Below are positions 1 through 8,322 of a DNA stretch of 26,233 bases, piece after piece. The notes below the pieces were generated by a model. The model saw only the letters and a program-made list of their open reading frames with translations, did no database searches and was not told the DNA's origin. Numbering within the stretch: position 1 is the first letter of the stretch; every line of letters begins with the position of its first letter. The position numbers and the translations under genes were made by a program. The stretch lies in NCBI GenBank assembly GCA_041497895.1, contig JBGQHJ010000062.1, positions 1 to 26,233 on the forward strand, given 5' to 3'. This stretch comes from Candidatus Methylomirabilia bacterium (GTDB taxonomy: Bacteria > Methylomirabilota > Methylomirabilia > Rokubacteriales > CSP1-6).

Positions 1-29
1 CCGCCGCTCCCGTGCGCTTTTTGACCCAT
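1..29 (-). CDS. 5' end of a gene running off the window (MGQKAHGSG...), product unknown
   Basis: ATG at 29-27 preceded by a strong SD (GAGGAGGTGA, 43-34) and a TATGAT -10-like hexamer (65-60); only 9 codons visible. Confidence 0.55.
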
Positions 30-67
30 GCCGTCACCTCCTCGTCGCCGTTTGCCTTCATCATAGC

Positions 68-111
68 GACCGGGAGGTATTGACACTCCGCTGACCGGAA
101 GGTACTGACAC
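68..111. repeat. 19-bp direct repeat x2 (period 25), possible regulator site
   Basis: GACCGGGAGGTATTGACAC (68-86) vs GACCGGAAGGTACTGACAC (93-111), 17/19 identical. Confidence 0.6.
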
Positions 112-114
112 CTG

Positions 115-199
115 GCCGTCAGGTCTTACATTCCGACATTTCCGCCCCGCACCGTCACGGCGACCGCCCGAAAAATGTCGGAATGTAAGACCTGACCCC
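115..199. repeat. REP/REPIN-like palindromic element, copy 1
   Basis: 24-bp perfect inverted repeat GTCAGGTCTTACATTCCGACATTT (118-141 / 173-196), 31-nt spacer; same arms recur at 10539 and 11705. Confidence 0.9.
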
Positions 200-202
200 G
201 TC

Positions 203-1090
203 TTACGCCACCGCGGGGCGGATCGTGGTGGTGACCAGGTCGAGCAGCTCGAGCATCTTCGAGAGGTCGTCGCGCCGGAAGTCGATCAGGACGTGGCTCA
301 GGCCGATGCGCTTGTACTCACCGAGCTGGTCGATCACCATCTGGGCGCCCTTGCCCAGCATCCCGTCGCTCAGGCTGTAGCGCACCGAGATCTCGATCGT
401 CTTCATGTCGCGCCGGTGCTGGTCCGCCACCGCGCGCAGCCGGCCCAGGCCTTCGCGGAGCTGGTCGGGATCCTTGGAGGTCGCGTGCCAGCCGTCACCG
501 AGCGTCACCACCCGGCGGAACGCGCCCGGGCTGTCGCCGCCCACCCAGATGGGCGGGTGCGGCTTCTGCACCGGCTTCGGCGCGAAGCCCAGGTCGTGGA
601 ACCGGAAGAACTCGCCGTCGAGGCGCGGGTTCTCCTCGGTCCAGAGGGCCTTGAACGCGCGCAGGATCTCGTCGCCGTGCCGGCCGCGCGCGTGGAAGGG
701 CACGCCCAGGATCTCGAGCTCCTCCTTCCACCAGCCGACCCCGACCCCGCAGATGAGCCGGCCGTTGGAGAGCGCGTCGATGCTGGTGAGCATCTTGGCC
801 ATGAGCACCGGGTGCCGGTGGCCCAGGATGAAGACCGAGGCGCCCAGCCGGGCCCGGGTCGTGCACACCGCGGCGGCGGCCAGGACCGTCACCGGCTCGA
901 GGTAGGGCTTGTCGGGCGGATGCGGGAAGCGCCCGCCCGGGTAGCTCCCGGTGGCGGAGCGCGGGAAGATGACGTGATCGCTCACCCACAGCGAGGCGAC
1001 CCCGCGCTCCTCGGCGGCCCGCGCGAAGCGCACGAGCGACTCGCCGTTGGCGAGGGGGCCCTGGTTGGGAAGGTGGCAGCCGATGTCCAT
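203..1090 (-). CDS. LLM-class (luciferase-like) oxidoreductase, probably F420-dependent type
   Basis: LWVSDH, GRLICGVGVGW, PKPVQKPHPPIWVGG and GDGWH motifs; SD AAGGAGG; 295 aa. Confidence 0.9.
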   Translation of the reverse strand: MDIGCHLPNQGPLANGESLVRFARAAEERGVASLWVSDHVIFPRSATGSYPGGRFPHPPDKPYLEPVTVLAAAAVCTTRARLGASVFILGHRHPVLMAKMLTSIDALSNGRLICGVGVGWWKEELEILGVPFHARGRHGDEILRAFKALWTEENPRLDGEFFRFHDLGFAPKPVQKPHPPIWVGGDSPGAFRRVVTLGDGWHATSKDPDQLREGLGRLRAVADQHRRDMKTIEISVRYSLSDGMLGKGAQMVIDQLGEYKRIGLSHVLIDFRRDDLSKMLELLDLVTTTIRPAVA

Positions 1091-1099
1091 GAGGCCTCC

Positions 1100-1128
1100 T
1101 TGAACCGGGGGTCGGCTCCTACTATTCT
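1100..1128 (+). promoter_or_regulatory. sigma70-type promoter for the VOC-SDR-SBP run
   Basis: TTGAAC (1100-1105)-N17-TATTCT (1123-1128) in the divergent intergenic region. Confidence 0.55.
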
Positions 1129-1182
1129 CTAGCGGCGCCGATGGCGCGGCACCGACGATACCTCAGCCGAAAGGACACCGCC

Positions 1183-1599
1183 ATGCCCTACCGGATCAAC
1201 CACATCCACCTGAAGGCGTCCGACCCCCGCAAGACCGCCGACTGGTACGTGAAGGCCTTCGCGTTCAAGATCGTCTCCGACGAGACGCGGGTCTTCGGCG
1301 ACCGCTTCGTGCGGTGCCAGAGCGAGGACGGCACCCCGGTCAACATCTCGGGCGCGCGCACCAACGAGAAGCTGGGCGCGGGCGACGCCCGGGCCCATCA
1401 CGGCCTCGAGCACTTCGGCTTCGACTCCGAGAATCTCGAGGCCGACATCAAGCGGCTCGAGGGCCTCGGCGCGAAGCTGCTGGAGGGGCCGATCGAGATC
1501 CCGGGCGGCCCCCGCATCTGCTTCGTCCAGGCCCCCGACGACGTGCGCCTCGAGCTGATCCAGCGCACCAAGGCGACCATCTCGGGCGGCTGCTGCTGA
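1183..1599 (+). CDS. VOC/glyoxalase-family protein with C-terminal GGCC
   Basis: INHIHL, LEHFGF and RLELIQ metal-ligand pattern; start moved to ATG 1183 after SD GAAAGGA; 138 aa. Confidence 0.88.
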   Translation: MPYRINHIHLKASDPRKTADWYVKAFAFKIVSDETRVFGDRFVRCQSEDGTPVNISGARTNEKLGAGDARAHHGLEHFGFDSENLEADIKRLEGLGAKLLEGPIEIPGGPRICFVQAPDDVRLELIQRTKATISGGCC

Positions 1600-1615
1600 G
1601 ATGGACGCCATCTAA

Positions 1616-2395
1616 ATGGAACTCCAGGGACAGACCGCGATCGTCACCGGCGCCGGGCGCAACATCGGACGCGCCATCGCGCTCGAGCTGGCCGGCATGG
1701 GCGCCGACGTCGTGGTGGCCGAGGTGGACCGGGCCACCGGCGAGCGCACCGCGGAGGAGGTGCGCAAGCACGGGCGCCGGGCGATGGCGCTCCAGACCGA
1801 CGTCACCCGCCTGGCCGACCTCCAGGCGATGGCCGACCAAACCGTGGCCGAGTGGGGGCGCATCGATATCCTGGTCAACAACGCGGGCATCCACAAGTCG
1901 ATGCACACCGCGGACGTCACCGAGGCGGACTGGGACCGGCTGCTCGCGGTCAACGCCAAGGGCGTCTTCTTCGCGAGCCAGGCGGTGCTCCGCCACATGG
2001 TCAAGGCGAAGCGCGGCAACATCATCAGCCTGGCCTCGATGGCGGGCAAGATGGGGCTCAAGACCTCGCTGGTCTACGGCCTAACCAAGGCGGCGGTGAT
2101 CAGCATGACCCGGAGCCTGGCCCTGGCCCACGCCGCCGACGGTATCCGCGTCAACTGCGTGTGCCCCGGCATCGTGGAGACCGACATGATCTTCCAGGTC
2201 GACCGCGAGGCGGGCGAAGGGCTCATGGGGCTCAAGCCCGGCGAGTACGTGAAGCAGCGCGTCGAGCAGATCCCGCTCGGGCGCATCGAGAAGGCGGAGG
2301 ACGTGGCCAACGTGGTGGGCTTCCTCGCCTCCAGCAAGTCGTCCTACATGACCGGCCAGGCCATCAACATCACGGGTGGCCTCGTGATGTACTGA
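1616..2395 (+). CDS. classical SDR-family NAD(P)-dependent oxidoreductase
   Basis: TGAGRNIG, NNAG, catalytic Ser and YGLTK, VNCVCPG; 259 aa. Confidence 0.93.
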   Translation: MELQGQTAIVTGAGRNIGRAIALELAGMGADVVVAEVDRATGERTAEEVRKHGRRAMALQTDVTRLADLQAMADQTVAEWGRIDILVNNAGIHKSMHTADVTEADWDRLLAVNAKGVFFASQAVLRHMVKAKRGNIISLASMAGKMGLKTSLVYGLTKAAVISMTRSLALAHAADGIRVNCVCPGIVETDMIFQVDREAGEGLMGLKPGEYVKQRVEQIPLGRIEKAEDVANVVGFLASSKSSYMTGQAINITGGLVMY

Positions 2396-2422
2396 GCCCG
2401 AACCCGTCCAGTGGAGACCTCC

Positions 2423-4042
2423 ATGCCGAGATGCTCGCTCCGCTCCACCGCCCTCGGGCTCGCCATCCTCCTGGCCACGCTGGTCCTGGCCGGCGCGCCG
2501 GTCTGGGCCCAAGGAGCCAAGCCCAAGCGCGGCGGCATCCTCAACACGGTGCTGATCGAGGATCCGCCGGGGCTCATCATCCACGAGTCGGCCACCGTCT
2601 CGAACACGTGGCCGATGTCGCCCTGCTATTCGAACCTGGCCTTCTTCGACCCGCTCAAGGGCCAGGAGAGCGTGGACACCGTGATCCCGGAGCTGGCCGA
2701 GCGCTGGTCGTGGCAGGACAACTACAAGAATCTGGTGTTCTTCCTCCGCAAGAACGTGAAGTGGCACGACGGCAAGCCGTTCACCTCCGCCGACGTGAAG
2801 TACACCTTCGACGTGGCCCGCGAGGCGCCGGAGGCGACCGCGCGCTTCCGGCTCAGCGCTCGAAAGGAATGGTGGACCAACATCGCGTCGATCGAAGCGC
2901 CCGAGCCCTACACGGTGGTGTTCCACCTGAAACGCCCCCAGCCGTCGCTGCTCCTCATGCTGGCCTCCGGCTACTCGCCGGTGCTGCCCGCCCACGTCCC
3001 GCTGAACGAGCTGCGCCAGAAGTGCGTGGGCACCGGCCCCTTCCGCCAGAAGGAGTGGCTGCGGGGTCAGCTCGTGGAGCTGGAGCGCAACCCCGACTAC
3101 TTCGTGCCGGATCGGCCCTACCTCGACGGGATCCGCTACACCATCATCCGCGAGCGGGGCACCCGCCTCGCCGCGCTCCAGGCCGGGCGCCTCGACGCCT
3201 TCGTGCCGCTAGAGATGACGAAGGCGATGGCGGACGCGGCCAAGAGCGGCGCGCCCTCGCTCGTCATCACCGAGATCGGCCAGAACGGCAGCGACAACGT
3301 GCTGCTCAACCACAAGCGCGCGCCCTTCGACAACGCGCTGGTGCGCCGCGCGGTCAACCTGGCGCTCGACCGGCGCTCCTACGTCAAGAGCGTGCGGCAG
3401 GGCGGCGCGGTCATCGGCGCCGCGCTCATGCCGAAGCCGATGGGCTTCTGGGGGCTGGGCGAGGCCGACCTGCGCAACCTGGCCGGCTACCGGGACCCCG
3501 CGCGCGACAAGGCGGAGGCCAAGCGGCTGCTCGCGGAGGCCGGCTACGGGCCGGGCAAGGCGCTGCACCTCGAGATGGCCACCCGCACCTCGCCCATCTA
3601 CGTGGACCTGGCCTCCTACGCGGTCGACCAGCTCCGGCTGGTGGGCATCGAGGCCACCATCAAGCAGCTCGACACCGCCGCATGGTTCCCCGCCCTGGCG
3701 CGGCGCGAGTTCCAGATCGCGGCCAACCTGACCGCGGGCGGCTTCGACGATCCGGACGCGTACCTGGTCGAGAACTACAAGTGCGGCTCGTCGCGCAACT
3801 ACACCGACTACTGCAACGAGGCGATGGACCGCCAGATCGAGGCGCAGTCACAGGAGCTGGACCGGACCAAGCGGCTCAAGATGGTGGCCGACATCCAGCG
3901 CACGCTGGAGGCCGAGGTCGCCCGGCCCATGCTGGGCTGGCGCAAGGAGTACTTCGCCCAGTGGCCCTACGTGAAGAACCTCGTGCCCCACAACGCCCTC
4001 TACAACTACGGACGCATGCAGGAGGTCTGGCTCGACAAGTAG
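2423..4042 (+). CDS. ABC transporter substrate-binding protein, family 5 (peptide/nickel/opine-like)
   Basis: Signal peptide ending VWA-Q; PELAERW, LRKNVKWHDGKPFTSADVKYTF, VGTGPF and RNPDYF motifs; ATG 2423 follows GGAG. Confidence 0.92.
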   Translation: MPRCSLRSTALGLAILLATLVLAGAPVWAQGAKPKRGGILNTVLIEDPPGLIIHESATVSNTWPMSPCYSNLAFFDPLKGQESVDTVIPELAERWSWQDNYKNLVFFLRKNVKWHDGKPFTSADVKYTFDVAREAPEATARFRLSARKEWWTNIASIEAPEPYTVVFHLKRPQPSLLLMLASGYSPVLPAHVPLNELRQKCVGTGPFRQKEWLRGQLVELERNPDYFVPDRPYLDGIRYTIIRERGTRLAALQAGRLDAFVPLEMTKAMADAAKSGAPSLVITEIGQNGSDNVLLNHKRAPFDNALVRRAVNLALDRRSYVKSVRQGGAVIGAALMPKPMGFWGLGEADLRNLAGYRDPARDKAEAKRLLAEAGYGPGKALHLEMATRTSPIYVDLASYAVDQLRLVGIEATIKQLDTAAWFPALARREFQIAANLTAGGFDDPDAYLVENYKCGSSRNYTDYCNEAMDRQIEAQSQELDRTKRLKMVADIQRTLEAEVARPMLGWRKEYFAQWPYVKNLVPHNALYNYGRMQEVWLDK

Positions 4043-4058
4043 CCGGCCCGCGCCCGCC

Positions 4059-5120
4059 ATGGACTTCGGCATCGTTCACGCCAAGATCGACGAGATCGGC
4101 TACATCACCCACGCCGAGAACCTCGGCTACTCGCACTGCTGGGTCACCGACAGCCAGATGATCCGGTCGAACTGCTGGGCGGTGCTGGCCCTCGCCGCCC
4201 AGCAGACGCGCCGCATGCGCCTCGGCACCGGCGTCAACGTGCCCGGCCTCCGGCTCGCGCCGGTCGTGGCCAACGGCATCGCCACCATCAATCGCCTGGC
4301 TCCGGGGCGCTGCTTCATCGGTCTCGGCACCGGCCACACCGCGATGCGCACGCTCGGCCAGAAGCCGATGCGCCTCGGCCCGTTCAAGGAGTACGTGCAG
4401 ACCGTCCGCGCGCTGCTCCTCGGCGAGGAGGTCGACTACACCCTGAACGGCGAGACGCACCCGATCCGCTTCCAGATGCGCGAGCACCGCTTCATCGACC
4501 TCGACCACCCGATCCCGGTATACATCGCGGGCTTCGGCCCGAGGGCGCAGGCCCTGGCCGGCGAGCTCGGCGACGGGCTCATCTCTGGCCTGCCGCGCGG
4601 AGGCACGGTGCCCGAGATGCTGGCGAATGCGCGGCGCGGGGCCGAGAAGGCCGGGCGCGCCCTCCCGGCCGGGTTCCACACCGCCGCGATGGTGAACGTG
4701 GCGCTGCTCCAGCCGGGCGAGCCGGCCAACTCCGAGCGCATCCTCGCGGAGTGCGGCGCCGCGGTGATCTCCGGCCTGCACTACCTGGTCGCGCACCATC
4801 TGGAGACCGGGGCGGAGCCGCCGGACTACGCGCGCCCGGTATGGAAGGGCTACCTCGACTGGCTCGACGAGGCGCCGCCCGAGATCCGGCATCAGCGCCT
4901 GCACGGCAGCCACTACAGCTTCGTGGACCCGGAGGAGGCGCGCTTCCTCACGCCGGCCTTGATCGAGGCCACGTGCCTGGCCGGCCCACCCGGGCGGGTG
5001 GTGGAGCGACTGAAGGAGCTGGAGAGCCAGGGGCTGAGCCAGATCATGCTCTACCCGCCGCTCAACCGGCAGTACCGCGTGATCGAGGACTTCGCCGACC
5101 GGGTGATGGCCCGGCTCTAG
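4059..5120 (+). CDS. LLM-class flavin-dependent oxidoreductase
   Basis: WVTDSQM, RLGTGV, APGRCFIGLGTG, IPVYIAGFGP, AGELGDG; 353 aa. Confidence 0.88.
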   Translation: MDFGIVHAKIDEIGYITHAENLGYSHCWVTDSQMIRSNCWAVLALAAQQTRRMRLGTGVNVPGLRLAPVVANGIATINRLAPGRCFIGLGTGHTAMRTLGQKPMRLGPFKEYVQTVRALLLGEEVDYTLNGETHPIRFQMREHRFIDLDHPIPVYIAGFGPRAQALAGELGDGLISGLPRGGTVPEMLANARRGAEKAGRALPAGFHTAAMVNVALLQPGEPANSERILAECGAAVISGLHYLVAHHLETGAEPPDYARPVWKGYLDWLDEAPPEIRHQRLHGSHYSFVDPEEARFLTPALIEATCLAGPPGRVVERLKELESQGLSQIMLYPPLNRQYRVIEDFADRVMARL

Positions 5121-5130
5121 GGGAGGCCGC

Positions 5131-5736
5131 ATGAGCGAGAGCAAGCTGTACCACGACGGATCGCGCCGGCTACAGGATCGCTTCCAGACGAGACGGCTCG
5201 CCGACCGTCTGGAGGAGGTCATCGCGCACGACGTCTTCACCGACGCCGATCGCGCGTTCATCGAGAGCCGGTCCATGTTCTTCCTGGCCACCGCGGACGC
5301 AGAGGGGCGACCGGACTGCTCGTACAAGGGCGGGCGGCCCGGGTTCGTCCGCGTGGTGGGGCCGGGCACCGTCGCGTTCCCGAGCTACGACGGCAACGGG
5401 ATGTTCAAGAGCCTGGGCAACATCCTCGTCAACCCGCACGTCGGGCTGCTCTTCGTCGACTTCGAGAGCCCCAGACGCCTGCGGGTGAACGGCCGAGCGT
5501 CGGTGCAGGAGGACGATCCGCTGCTCGCCGAGCTCGTCGGCGCCCAGCTCGTCGTGCGCGTGCAGGTCGAGGCGGCCTTCCCCAACTGCCCGCGCTACAT
5601 CCACCGCATGCAGGTCGTCGAGGAATCGCCCTACGCGCCGTGCGAGGGCCACACGCCGCCGGTGCCGGAGTGGAAGACGCGGCCGGTGTTCCGCGAGGTG
5701 CTGCCGCCGGCTGATCCTGCCGCTAGCGAGGGGTGA
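5131..5736 (+). CDS. pyridoxamine 5'-phosphate oxidase-like FMN-binding protein
   Basis: FFLATADAEGRPDCSYKGG, YDGNGMFKSLGNI, NCPRYI; SD GGAGG. Confidence 0.87.
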   Translation: MSESKLYHDGSRRLQDRFQTRRLADRLEEVIAHDVFTDADRAFIESRSMFFLATADAEGRPDCSYKGGRPGFVRVVGPGTVAFPSYDGNGMFKSLGNILVNPHVGLLFVDFESPRRLRVNGRASVQEDDPLLAELVGAQLVVRVQVEAAFPNCPRYIHRMQVVEESPYAPCEGHTPPVPEWKTRPVFREVLPPADPAASEG

Positions 5737-6115
5737 ACATGGCGACGGGGGGACCGCCGTCGGTGGGGGTCCACACCACCCGCACCGGCTGGCCGATGCG
5801 GAGCGCGTCGAAGTCGCAGTCCACCAGGCCGGTCATCATGGTCACACCCTCGTCCAGCGTCACGTAGGCGATCACGTAGGGCGGCGTCGCCCGGCGCATC
5901 ACGCTGAACGAGTAGACGACGCCGCGCCCGGCCGACTCCTTCCACTCGGTGCGATCGCTCCCGCAGAAGGGGCAGATCGGCCGCGGGTAGTGATGCGGCC
6001 GCCCGCAGGCGGTACAGCTCTTGAGGAGCAGCTTCCCCTTCCCCGCCGCCTCCCAGAAGGCCGCGGTCTCGGGGCTCGGGGTCGGGGCCAGGATCTTCCG
6101 GGTCGCGTCGGCCAT
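5723..6115 (-). CDS. Zn-ribbon/OB-fold protein (DUF35 family)
   Basis: FWEAA, CTAC...CPFC zinc ribbon, GRGVVYSFSV, PYVIAYVTLDEG; directly downstream of a thiolase-like gene. Confidence 0.9.
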   Translation of the reverse strand: MADATRKILAPTPSPETAAFWEAAGKGKLLLKSCTACGRPHHYPRPICPFCGSDRTEWKESAGRGVVYSFSVMRRATPPYVIAYVTLDEGVTMMTGLVDCDFDALRIGQPVRVVWTPTDGGPPVAMFTPR

Positions 6116-6118
6116 GGC

Positions 6119-7288
6119 TCAGACCCTCTCCATGATCAGGGTCGCGCTCGCGTGCCGCGTGCCCAGCGAGCCGCCGGTGCCGTGGGCCAGGGCCAGGTCG
6201 CAACCCTTCACCTGCACCGCCGGGTGCGCCTCGTCGCGGAGCTGGCGCACCGCCTCGATCACCTTGGTCATGCCGCCGCGGTTGGCCGGGTGGTTGTTGC
6301 AGAGGCCACCGCCGTCGGTGTTGAAGGGCAGCCGGCCGGTCCCCGCGATCAGGTTGCCGTCGGAGACGAAACGCCCGCCCTGGCCCTTCGGGCAGAAGCC
6401 AAGGTCCTCGAGCGTGATCAGCACCGTGATCGTGAAGCTGTCGTAGATCGAGGCGTACTTGATGTCGGCCGGCTTCACGCCCGCCATCTCGAAGGCGGCC
6501 GGGCCCGACCAGCGCGCGCCGGTGTAGGTGAGGTCCACCTGCCCGCCCATCTGATGCTTCACCGCCTCGCCCGCCCCGCGCACCGTGACCAGCGGGCGCT
6601 TCAGGCCCCTCGCGATCTCGGGGCGGGCCACGATCACCGCGCCGCCGCCGTCGCTGATCACGCAGCAGTCGAGGCGATGCAGGGGGTCCGAGATCATCGG
6701 CGAGCCGACCACGTCCGCGACCGTCACCACCTCGCGCAGCATCGCGTGCGGGTTGTGCTGGGCGTGGTGCGAGGCGGCCACCTTGATCCACGCGAGCTGC
6801 TCGCTGGTGGTGCCGAACTCGTGCATGTGCCGCATGGCGGCCATCGCGTACTGGTTCACCACCGTGGGCGCGAAGGGTGCCTCGAACGCCACGTCGGGCG
6901 CGGCGGGGCCGTAGTTGCGCGGGGCGGTGCCGGTCGCCATGCCCTCCGCGCGCGGCCGACCGGCCAGGGTGATGAGGGCCACGTCGCAGCGGCCCGCCGC
7001 GATGGCCTCCGCCGCGTGCGCCACGTGCACCACGTAGGACGAGCCGCCGGTCTCGGTGGTGTCGATGTGCCGCAGACGCAGCCCCATGTAGTCGGCCATC
7101 GAGAGCCCGCCCAGGCCGGGGGCGTCGCCCGCGCAGAAGTAGCCGTCCACGTCGTCCTTGGTGAGCCCGGCGTCGACGAGCGCCCCGCGCGCCACCTCCG
7201 CGTGGAGCTGGGCCAGCGAGATCCCGTCCGCCTTGCGGGTGGGATGCTCGAACACGCCGACGACGTACGCCCGGTCGCGGAGGCTCAT
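6119..7288 (-). CDS. thiolase-fold protein (SCP-x/Ltp2-like) lacking the N-terminal catalytic Cys
   Basis: TGGSS at the nucleophile position, HNPHA, DCCVISDGGGA, YDSFT, NTDGGGL, AHGTGG; ATGA overlap with upstream gene. Confidence 0.88.
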   Translation of the reverse strand: MSLRDRAYVVGVFEHPTRKADGISLAQLHAEVARGALVDAGLTKDDVDGYFCAGDAPGLGGLSMADYMGLRLRHIDTTETGGSSYVVHVAHAAEAIAAGRCDVALITLAGRPRAEGMATGTAPRNYGPAAPDVAFEAPFAPTVVNQYAMAAMRHMHEFGTTSEQLAWIKVAASHHAQHNPHAMLREVVTVADVVGSPMISDPLHRLDCCVISDGGGAVIVARPEIARGLKRPLVTVRGAGEAVKHQMGGQVDLTYTGARWSGPAAFEMAGVKPADIKYASIYDSFTITVLITLEDLGFCPKGQGGRFVSDGNLIAGTGRLPFNTDGGGLCNNHPANRGGMTKVIEAVRQLRDEAHPAVQVKGCDLALAHGTGGSLGTRHASATLIMERV

Positions 7289-8271
7289 GACCTGGCGGCG
7301 GCGAGAACCTCGGGATTCAGCACGTTGATCGGCTTGCCCGCGCCGTAGGCCAGGATCTGATCGAAGATCGTGGCGAACATGTGCTCGAGGCCGTCACGCT
7401 CCACGTAACCGAGATGCGGAACGCAGATCGCGTTGTCCATCGCGAGCAGCGGGTGCCTGGCCCCCAGCACCGGCTCGTCCTCGTAGACGTCCACCGCGGC
7501 CATGCCCGGCCGGCCCTTGGCGAGCGCGGCCTCGAGCGCGCCCGGCGCCACGAGCCCGGCGCGGCTCGTGTTGACGAAGACCGCGGAGGGCTTCATCCCC
7601 GCCAGATCGTCCGCGGTCACCATGCCGCGGGTCGCGTCGATCAGGCGCACGTGGATCGACACCACGTCCGACTCGGCGAAGAAGGCCTCGCGGCTCGCCG
7701 CGGGCGTGTAGCCCTCGGCCTTGGCCTTCTCGAGCGTGCTCGGGCGGCCCCACGCGATCACGTTCATCCCGAACGTGCGCCCGTATCCCGCCACCACCGC
7801 GCCGATCTTGCCGTAGCCCAGGATGCCCAGGGTCTTGCCGCGCAGCCCGGTGCCAATCGGGTAGGCCTGCCACTTGCCCGCGCGCATCGCGATCATCTCC
7901 TGGGGAACGCGCCGCACCGCCGCGATGACCAGGCCCCACGTGAGCTCCGCGGTCGCGTAGGACGGGCGGCCCGGCATCTGGCTCGAGGAGACGATCACGC
8001 CGCGGCGCGTGCACGCGGGGATGTCGATGTGGGGGACCACGCCGACCTGGGTCACCATCTTCAGGCGGTCGAGGCGCTCGAGGAGCGGCGCCCGGATCGG
8101 GGTGCGCTCGCGCAGCAGGGCGAGCACCTCGGTGTCCTTGAGCCGGCCCGCGAGCGTGTCGACGTCCTTGGTGTGGTCCTTCCAGATCGTGACGTCGTGA
8201 CCGGCCGTCTTCTTGAAGCAGTCGAGCGTGCGGATCGTGTCCTGGTAGTCGTCGAGGATCGTGATCTTCAT
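7285..8271 (-). CDS. D-2-hydroxyacid dehydrogenase family protein
   Basis: ILDDYQ, GYGKIG Rossmann motif, NTSRAG, DVYEDEP, PHLGY; SD GGAGG. Confidence 0.92.
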   Translation of the reverse strand: MKITILDDYQDTIRTLDCFKKTAGHDVTIWKDHTKDVDTLAGRLKDTEVLALLRERTPIRAPLLERLDRLKMVTQVGVVPHIDIPACTRRGVIVSSSQMPGRPSYATAELTWGLVIAAVRRVPQEMIAMRAGKWQAYPIGTGLRGKTLGILGYGKIGAVVAGYGRTFGMNVIAWGRPSTLEKAKAEGYTPAASREAFFAESDVVSIHVRLIDATRGMVTADDLAGMKPSAVFVNTSRAGLVAPGALEAALAKGRPGMAAVDVYEDEPVLGARHPLLAMDNAICVPHLGYVERDGLEHMFATIFDQILAYGAGKPINVLNPEVLAAARS

Positions 8272-8322
8272 GGCGCCTCCCTCCGTCGGGCGCCCCGTAG
8301 ACTACCACACGAGGACCCGAAG

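Noticed and set aside
115..199. IS element or simple rho-independent terminator
   Set aside because: No transposase, no clear target duplication and no U-tract; the arms recur elsewhere, so it was treated as a REP-like family
1597..1599. Sec read-through at the VOC GGCC-TGA end
   Set aside because: Read-through would run out of frame into the SDR gene; no Cys-aligned paralog or convincing SECIS
1852..4161. 769-aa alternative-frame ORF and similar Arg/Gly/Pro-rich ORFs in the track
   Set aside because: Off-frame products of GC-rich codons overlapping real genes
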